Virus record (IMG/VR): IMGVR_UViG_2698536307_000013
DNA from: a virus
Lineage: Duplodnaviria > Heunggongvirae > Uroviricota > Caudoviricetes
DNA: 4,387 nucleotides
Strand: one strand, 5' to 3'
Program-made: the position numbers and the translations under genes
Notes under the pieces: model-generated
What the model was told of the DNA's origin: nothing
The model's database searches: none
Seen by the model: the letters and a program-made list of their open reading frames with translations, nothing else
Shown here: positions 1-4,387 of the stretch, one piece after another
Layout of the letters: each line of letters begins with the position of its first letter
Position numbering within the stretch: the stretch's first letter is position 1

Positions 1-27
1 TGCACGATAGAGCAGGTGGTGAACTGA
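1..27 (+). CDS. M: 3' terminal fragment (last 8 codons plus TGA stop) of an upstream copy of tail tip protein M; 5' end lies outside the window
   Basis: Bases 1-27 encode CTIEQVVN-stop and are identical to the 3' end of the complete M gene at 913-939. The same ATGA-style 1-nt overlap with the following ATG at 27 is present. Confidence 0.5.
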   Translation, partial: CTIEQVVN

Positions 28-526
28 TGCAGGATATTCACGAAGAAAGCCTGAACGAGTCGGTTAAGTCAGAGCAGTCACCGCGTGTGGTACTCTGGGA
101 AATCGACCTGACGGTGCAGGGCGGTGAGCGCTATTTTTTCTGCAATGAACTGAATGAAAAAGGGGAGCCGGTCACCTGGCAGGGGCGGCAATATCAGGCG
201 TACCCGATTGACGGCAGCGGCTTTGAGATGAACGGGAAGGGCAGCAGTGCCAGACCGTCGCTGACGGTGTCCAATCTGTTTGGCCTTGTCACCGGAATGG
301 CGGAGGACCTGCAGAGCCTGGTGGGGGCCACGGTGGTCCGCCGCCGGGTGTATGCCCGTTTTCTGGATGCGGTGAATTTTGTGGCGGGCAATCCGGAAGC
401 GGACCCGGAGCAGGAGCTGAGCGACCGCTGGGTGGTGGAGCAGATGTCAGAGCTGACGGCCATGACAGCCTCGTTTGTGCTGGCAACACCGACGGAGACG
501 GACGGAGCGCTGTTTCCCGGTCGCAT
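1..526 (+). repeat. Copy A of a diverged direct repeat (M 3' end plus L 5' ~500 bp); offset 912 bp to copy B
   Basis: Direct comparison of 1-526 with 913-1438 shows about 15 single-base differences (hand-counted), all at codon third positions. The window begins inside the repeat, so it may extend upstream. Confidence 0.85.
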
Positions 527-605
527 ACTTGTGCAGCTGATTGACCAGCGGGTGCAGGCGGTGATGCTGTCCATGCGACGTGACGGAGGAATGCTGAGTG
601 GCTGA
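27..605 (+). CDS. Truncated, chimeric tail tip assembly protein L-like ORF (192 aa): L residues 1-167 fused to an unrelated 25-aa C-terminal tail (LVQLIDQRVQAVMLSMRRDGGMLSG), possibly the 3' end of a tape-measure (H-like) gene; probably a pseudogene or remnant
   Basis: The first 167 aa are identical to the full L at 939-1637. Identity ends near nt 524-527, after which the ORF runs in a different sequence context and stops at 603-605, overlapping the M start. It lacks the Cys-rich C-terminus of L. Confidence 0.6.
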   Translation: MQDIHEESLNESVKSEQSPRVVLWEIDLTVQGGERYFFCNELNEKGEPVTWQGRQYQAYPIDGSGFEMNGKGSSARPSLTVSNLFGLVTGMAEDLQSLVGATVVRRRVYARFLDAVNFVAGNPEADPEQELSDRWVVEQMSELTAMTASFVLATPTETDGALFPGRILVQLIDQRVQAVMLSMRRDGGMLSG

Positions 606-939
606 GATAAAAACGCTGCATCTGGTCCCGCGTGAAGGGATGCAGGTGAGTGAGAAGCCGTCGGTGGTGAGGGTGCGGTTTGGTGACGGTTATGAACAGC
701 GCCGCCCCACAGGGCTGAATCCTCAACTGAAGACGTTTCAGGCGGTGTTCCGGGTGACGGATGAGTCAACCCGGCGCTGGCTGGAAGAGTTTTTATCGTG
801 GCATGGTGGTTACCGTGCCTTTTTGTGGCGACCGCCGAAACATAACCGGACGGTGAGGGTTGTGTGCCGTGAGTGGAGTGTCACGGATAATGCCCGGTAC
901 AGTGATTTCAGTTGCACGATAGAGCAGGTGGTGAACTGA
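598..939 (+). CDS. M: Tail tip protein M (lambda gpM homolog), 113 aa
   Basis: The protein aligns with lambda gpM as recalled: a shared RFGDGY motif and an identical EQVVN C-terminus. GTG start at 598 sits 7 nt after a GGAGGA Shine-Dalgarno (585-590). Stop TGA 937-939 overlaps the L ATG by 1 nt. Confidence 0.88.
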   Translation: MAEIKTLHLVPREGMQVSEKPSVVRVRFGDGYEQRRPTGLNPQLKTFQAVFRVTDESTRRWLEEFLSWHGGYRAFLWRPPKHNRTVRVVCREWSVTDNARYSDFSCTIEQVVN

Positions 940-1438
940 TGCAGGATATTCACGAAGAAAGTCTGAACGAGTCGGTTAAATCAGAGCAGTCACCGCGGGT
1001 GGTGCTCTGGGAAATTGACCTGACGGTGCAGGGCGGTGAGCGGTATTTTTTCTGTAATGAGCTGAATGAAAAAGGGGAGCCGGTCACCTGGCAGGGGCGG
1101 CAATATCAGGCATACCCGATTGACGGCAGCGGTTTTGAGATGAACGGGAAGGGCAGCAGTGCCAGACCGTCGCTGACGGTGTCCAATCTGTTTGGTCTGG
1201 TCACCGGGATGGCGGAGGACCTGCAGAGCCTGGTGGGGGCCACGGTGGTCCGCCGCCGGGTGTATGCCCGTTTTCTGGATGCGGTGAATTTTGTGGCGGG
1301 CAATCCGGAAGCGGACCCGGAGCAGGAGCTGAGCGACCGCTGGGTGGTGGAGCAGATGTCAGAGCTGACGGCCATGACAGCCTCGTTTGTGCTGGCAACA
1401 CCGACGGAGACGGACGGAGCGCTGTTTCCCGGTCGTAT
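913..1438 (+). repeat. Copy B of the diverged direct repeat (within the intact M 3' end and L 5' region)
   Basis: Matches 1-526 at an offset of 912 bp; see copy A. Confidence 0.85.
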
Positions 1439-1637
1439 CATGCTGGCGAACACCTGTATGTGGACCTACCGCTCTGATGAGTGTGGTTACACGGGCGGGG
1501 CTGTGGCGGATGAGTTCGATAAACCCACCACGGATATCCGTAAGGACAGATGCAGCAAGTGCATGCGCGGGTGTGAGATGCGCGGCATGGTGGCTAATTT
1601 TGGCGGTTTCCTTTCCATCAATAAACTTTCGCAGTAA
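939..1637 (+). CDS. L: Tail tip assembly protein L (lambda gpL homolog), 232 aa, with a C-terminal cysteine cluster
   Basis: Strong similarity to lambda gpL as recalled (VVLWEIDLT, GGERYFFCNE, VTWQGRQYQ, FGGFLSINKLSQ C-terminus). The 699-nt length matches lambda L. ATG at 939 follows an AGGTGG Shine-Dalgarno (926-931). The track's 912 start is an upstream extension into M and is not used. Confidence 0.93.
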   Translation: MQDIHEESLNESVKSEQSPRVVLWEIDLTVQGGERYFFCNELNEKGEPVTWQGRQYQAYPIDGSGFEMNGKGSSARPSLTVSNLFGLVTGMAEDLQSLVGATVVRRRVYARFLDAVNFVAGNPEADPEQELSDRWVVEQMSELTAMTASFVLATPTETDGALFPGRIMLANTCMWTYRSDECGYTGGAVADEFDKPTTDIRKDRCSKCMRGCEMRGMVANFGGFLSINKLSQ

Positions 1638-1647
1638 ATCCTGTTTT

Positions 1648-2391
1648 ATGACACAGACTGAATCAGCGATTCTGGCGCATGCCCGGCGGTGTGCGCCTGC
1701 GGAGTCGTGCGGCTTCGTGGTGAGAACGCCGGAGGGGGAGCGGTATATCCCTTGTGTGAATATCTCTGCAGAGCCGGAGGCGTATTTTCGTATTGCACCG
1801 GAAGACTGGCTGCGGGCAGAGATGCAGGGGGAGATTGTGGCACTGGTCCACAGTCATCCCGGTGGTCTGCCCTGGCTGAGCGAGGCCGACCGGCGGCTGC
1901 AGATAAAAAGTGCACTGTCCTGGTGGCTGGTCTGCCGGGGGGACATTCATAAATTCCGCTGTGTGCCGCACCTGACGGGACGGCGCTTTGCGCACGGGGT
2001 GACGGACTGTTACACGCTGTTCCGGGATGCCTACCATCTGGCGGGAATTGATATGCCGGATTTTGAGCGTGAGGATGACTGGTGGCGCAACGGCCAGAAC
2101 CTGTACCTGGACAATATGGCGGTCACCGGCTTTTACCGGGTGCCCCTGTCCTCTGCACAGGCGGGCGATATTCTGCTGTGCTGCTTTGGCGCATCGGTGG
2201 CCAATCATGCCGCCATATACTGCGGCAACGGTGAACTGCTTCACCATCTGCCAGAACAACTGAGTAAACGGGAGAGGTATTCTGAAAAATGGCAACGACG
2301 AACGCATTCTGTCTGGCGTCACCGCCACTGGCACGCATCTGCCTTCACGGGGATTTGCAACGATTTGGCCGCCGCCTCAGCCTGTACGTGA
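1648..2391 (+). CDS. K: Tail tip assembly protein K (lambda gpK homolog), 247 aa: N-terminal JAB/MPN (JAMM) metalloprotease-like domain plus C-terminal NlpC/P60 cysteine peptidase-like domain
   Basis: JAMM motif HSHPGGLPWLSEAD (H68-x-H70-x7-S78-x2-D81) with candidate upstream Glu (E19). NlpC/P60-like Cys in GVTDCYTLF (C121) and His in NHAAIY (H187). ATG at 1648 lies 11 nt after the L stop. The track ORF starting at 1387 overlaps L and is rejected. The start is somewhat uncertain; the next in-frame ATG is at 1822. Confidence 0.88.
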   Translation: MTQTESAILAHARRCAPAESCGFVVRTPEGERYIPCVNISAEPEAYFRIAPEDWLRAEMQGEIVALVHSHPGGLPWLSEADRRLQIKSALSWWLVCRGDIHKFRCVPHLTGRRFAHGVTDCYTLFRDAYHLAGIDMPDFEREDDWWRNGQNLYLDNMAVTGFYRVPLSSAQAGDILLCCFGASVANHAAIYCGNGELLHHLPEQLSKRERYSEKWQRRTHSVWRHRHWHASAFTGICNDLAAASACT

Positions 2392-2969
2392 ACACGGCAG
2401 CGGAAGCCATCCGTGCCCTGTCGATGCAGATGCCGGGCTTTCGCCGTCAGATGAACGAAGGCTGGTACCAGATACGTATTCGCGGTGAGGACACGGCACC
2501 GGAGGCGGTGTACGCCCGTCTTCACGAACCTCTGGGTGAGGGGGCGGTCATCCATATTGTGCCGCGACTGGTCGGAGCCGGAAAGGGCGGACTGCAGATT
2601 GTGCTGGGGGCGGCGGCCATCGTGGGGTCGTTCTTCACGGCCGGGGCATCAATGGCGTTATGGGGTTCAGCCCTGGCAGCCGGTGGTTTTTCTGCCACCA
2701 CGATGCTGTTTTCACTGGGGGCTAGCATGATACTGGGCGGTGTGGCCCAGATGCTGGCACCGAAGGCAAAAACACCGGATTACCGCGCAACGGATAACGG
2801 TAAACAGAACACGTATTTTTCCTCACTGGACAATATGATTGCCCAGGGTAACCCGATGCCGGTGCCTTATGGTGAAATGCTGGTTGGTTCACGACGGATA
2901 TCCCAGGACATCAGTACCCGTGATGAAGGCGGTGGCGGAAAGGTTGTGGTTATCGGGCGGCAGGGGTAA
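2289..2969 (+). CDS. I: Tail tip assembly protein I (lambda gpI homolog), 226 aa; N-terminal ubiquitin-like region and a Gly/Ala-rich hydrophobic central segment
   Basis: Similarity to lambda gpI as recalled (ARICL.GDLQRFGRR, AVIHIVPR, KQNTYFSSLDNM.AQGN, VVVIGR). GGGAGAGG Shine-Dalgarno at 2270-2277. Overlaps the K 3' end by 103 nt in a different frame, as in lambda. Confidence 0.9.
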   Translation: MATTNAFCLASPPLARICLHGDLQRFGRRLSLYVNTAAEAIRALSMQMPGFRRQMNEGWYQIRIRGEDTAPEAVYARLHEPLGEGAVIHIVPRLVGAGKGGLQIVLGAAAIVGSFFTAGASMALWGSALAAGGFSATTMLFSLGASMILGGVAQMLAPKAKTPDYRATDNGKQNTYFSSLDNMIAQGNPMPVPYGEMLVGSRRISQDISTRDEGGGGKVVVIGRQG

Positions 2970-2984
2970 AAAGAATAAAACAAT

Positions 2985-3000
2985 CCCGCAGAGTTGCGGG
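2985..3000. other. Short GC-rich hairpin (CCCGCA-GAGT-TGCGGG) 16 nt after the I stop; possible RNA 3' stability element, or a terminator on the minus strand where it is followed by a T-rich run
   Basis: Perfect 6-bp inverted repeat with a 4-nt loop. On the + strand no T-tract follows. The reverse complement is followed by ATTGTTTTATTCTTTTT. Confidence 0.3.
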
Positions 3001-3032
3001 GACAGACAAAGATTAACGTTAAGGAGTTATTT

Positions 3033-3137
3033 TTGTTTCTGGTGCTCGGGCAAAAAAACATTAACGCAGAGAAATTATTAGCACCACAGTCAGTTTGTGA
3101 AAATGTGAAGATATTCAGAAGTTTTATTCCGTCATGA
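3033..3137 (+). CDS. Hypothetical 34-aa mini-ORF (MFLVLGQKNINAEKLLAPQSVCENVKIFRSFIPS) in the I-J spacer; speculative
   Basis: Consensus Shine-Dalgarno AAGGAG (3021-3026) lies 6 nt upstream of TTG at 3033. The ORF stops at TGA 3135-3137, immediately before an intrinsic terminator. The segment is AT-rich compared with its flanks. No homology is recognised. Confidence 0.15.
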   Translation: MFLVLGQKNINAEKLLAPQSVCENVKIFRSFIPS

Positions 3138-3139
3138 TG

Positions 3140-3169
3140 CAGGCATCCTCCGGGATGCCTGTTGTTTTT
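3140..3169 (+). terminator. Rho-independent (intrinsic) terminator-like hairpin with T-tract in the I-J intergenic region
   Basis: Stem CAGGCATCC (3140-3148) pairs with GGATGCCTG (3153-3161) around loop TCCG, followed by TTGTTTTT (3162-3169). Perfect 9-bp GC-rich stem. Confidence 0.6.
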
Positions 3170-3203
3170 GTGCGTAACAGTTATCACAGTAAAGGGTGAG
3201 ACA

Positions 3204-4387
3204 ATGGGCAAAGGTGGCGGCAAGGCGCACACACCGCGCGAGGCGAAGGACAATCTCAAATCCACGCAGATGATGAGTGTGATTGATGCGATTGGTGAGG
3301 GACCGATAGAAGGCCCGGTGAAGGGGCTGCAGAGTATCCTGGTGAACAAAACCCCGCTGACGGACACGGACGGCAATCCTGTGATACACGGTGTGACCGC
3401 GGTCTGGCGCGCCGGGGAGCAGGAGCAGACACCACCGGAAGGCTTTGAGTCCTCCGGAGCTGAAACCGGACTGGGCGTGGAAGTGACGAAGGCAAAGCCG
3501 GTAACGCGCACCATTACGTCCGCGAACATTGACCGCCTGCGGGTTACCTTCGGGGTGCAGTCACTGGTGGAGACCACCTCAAAGGGTGACCGTAACCCGA
3601 CGTCTGTCCGCCTGCTGATTCAGCTTGAGCGTGGTGGTAAATGGATGACGGAAAAGGATGTCACCATTAACGGCAAGACCACCTCACAGTACCTGGCGTC
3701 GGTGATTCTGGATAATCTGCCTCCCCGTCCTTTTAACATCCGGATGGTCCGGGAGACAGCGGACAGCACCACGGACCAGTTGCAGAATAAGACGCTCTGG
3801 TCGTCATACACCGAAATCATCGATGTGAAACAGTGCTACCCGAACACGGCGATTGTGGGGCTGCAGGTGGATGCGGAGCAGTTTGGCGGTCAGCAGATGA
3901 CGGTGAACTACCATATCCGCGGTCGCATCATCCAGGTACCGTCAAACTATGACCCGGAAAAACGCACTTACAGCGGCATCTGGGACGGCAGCCTGAAACC
4001 GGCATACAGCAACAACCCTGCCTGGTGCCTGTGGGACATGCTGACTCACCCGCGCTACGGCATGGGAAAACGTCTGGGGGCGGCGGATGTGGACAAGTGG
4101 GCGCTGTATGCCATCGGGCAGTACTGCGACCAGATGGTGCCGGATGGCTTCGGGGGCACCGAGCCGCGGATGACCTTCAATGCGTACCTGGCACAACAGC
4201 GTAAGGCGTGGGATGTTCTCAGTGATTTCTGCTCGGCGATGCGCTGTATGCCGGTATGGAACGGTCAGACGCTGACGTTCGTTCAGGACCGCCCGTCGGA
4301 TGTGGTGTGGCCGTACACCAACAGCGATGTGGTGGTGGATGATAACGGCGTGGGGTTTCGCTACAGCTTCAGCGCCCTGAAGGACCG
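3204..4387 (+). CDS. J: Host specificity / central tail fiber protein J (lambda gpJ homolog), N-terminal 394 codons; 3' end lies beyond the window
   Basis: Open frame from ATG 3204 to the window end with no stop. The N-terminus MGKGGGKAHTPREAKDNLKSTQ and long stretches (TTSKGDRNP, NKTLWSSYTEIIDVKQCYPNTA, AWCLWDMLTHPRYGMGKRLGAADVDKWALY, FCSAMRCMPVWNGQTLTFVQDRPSD) match lambda gpJ as recalled. Shine-Dalgarno-like AAGGGTGAG precedes the ATG. Confidence 0.93.
   Translation, partial: MGKGGGKAHTPREAKDNLKSTQMMSVIDAIGEGPIEGPVKGLQSILVNKTPLTDTDGNPVIHGVTAVWRAGEQEQTPPEGFESSGAETGLGVEVTKAKPVTRTITSANIDRLRVTFGVQSLVETTSKGDRNPTSVRLLIQLERGGKWMTEKDVTINGKTTSQYLASVILDNLPPRPFNIRMVRETADSTTDQLQNKTLWSSYTEIIDVKQCYPNTAIVGLQVDAEQFGGQQMTVNYHIRGRIIQVPSNYDPEKRTYSGIWDGSLKPAYSNNPAWCLWDMLTHPRYGMGKRLGAADVDKWALYAIGQYCDQMVPDGFGGTEPRMTFNAYLAQQRKAWDVLSDFCSAMRCMPVWNGQTLTFVQDRPSDVVWPYTNSDVVVDDNGVGFRYSFSALKD

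Noticed and set aside
194-769. Minus-strand ORFs of 191 aa and 145 aa (289-726), and their duplicates at 1106-1453 and 1201-1401
   Set aside because: They lie antisense to M and L coding sequence, are Pro/Ser/Ala/Arg-rich low-complexity translations typical of the reverse strand of GC-rich genes, and are duplicated only because the underlying DNA is duplicated.
912-938. N-terminal extension of the L ORF (track start at 912, MHDRAGGEL...)
   Set aside because: This stretch is the 3' end of M read in another frame. The homology-supported start with a good Shine-Dalgarno site is the ATG at 939.
1387-1647. Long upstream extension of the K ORF (track start at 1387)
   Set aside because: It overlaps the L 3' end, is Arg/Cys/Trp-rich and has no resemblance to K. 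Conservation begins at MTQTES (ATG 1648).
1663-2334. Minus-strand 223-aa ORF and other antisense or alternate-frame ORFs inside K and I (1646-1915, 1689-1952, 2027-2263, 2123-2338, 2319-2555, 2485-2730, 2522-2728)
   Set aside because: They are fully embedded in well-supported K and I coding sequence, have low-complexity composition and no recognisable motifs.
2839-3081. 80-aa + strand ORF spanning the I 3' end and the spacer
   Set aside because: It starts inside I in another frame with no clear ribosome-binding site. The mini-ORF at 3033-3137 and the terminator explain the spacer better.
3091-3120. Possible sigma70 promoter for J (TTGTGA ... GATATT) in the AT-rich spacer
   Set aside because: Spacing between the candidate -35 and -10 hexamers is about 9 bp, far from the 16-18 bp optimum. 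AT-rich DNA gives such matches by chance.
2867-3577. Minus-strand 236-aa ORF spanning the spacer and the J 5' end, and other minus-strand ORFs in J (3132-3389, 3256-3495, 3620-3820, 3942-4196)
   Set aside because: They are antisense to the strongly supported J reading frame with no start or ribosome-binding-site context.
1-4387. CRISPR arrays, tRNA or rRNA genes, insertion sequence or integrase, attachment sites
   Set aside because: No short regularly spaced repeats, no cloverleaf-like structured segments, no terminal inverted repeats or recombinase motifs. The only repeat is the 526-bp gene duplication.

Overview
This window is the tail-tip assembly module of a lambda-like (lambdoid) siphovirus or prophage, most likely from an enterobacterial host, all on the + strand. 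It reads: 3' end of an upstream M copy, a truncated L-like chimeric ORF, then M, L, K, I and the 5' third of J. Gene order, gene lengths and overlaps (M/L 1-nt coupling, K/I 103-nt overlap) match phage lambda as I recall it; the proteins are clearly homologous but diverged, so this is a relative rather than lambda itself. Two things stand out. First, positions 1-526 repeat at 913-1438 as a diverged tandem partial duplication, producing an L N-terminal fragment fused to an unrelated C-terminal tail. Second, the I-J spacer is an AT-rich 234-bp segment carrying a ribosome-binding-site-led mini-ORF and an intrinsic terminator, which looks like a small inserted cassette. No tRNA, rRNA, CRISPR, integrase or transposase signal is visible. 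All minus-strand ORFs in the track look like antisense artefacts of GC-rich coding DNA. All homology statements rest on my recollection of lambda proteins, not on a search.
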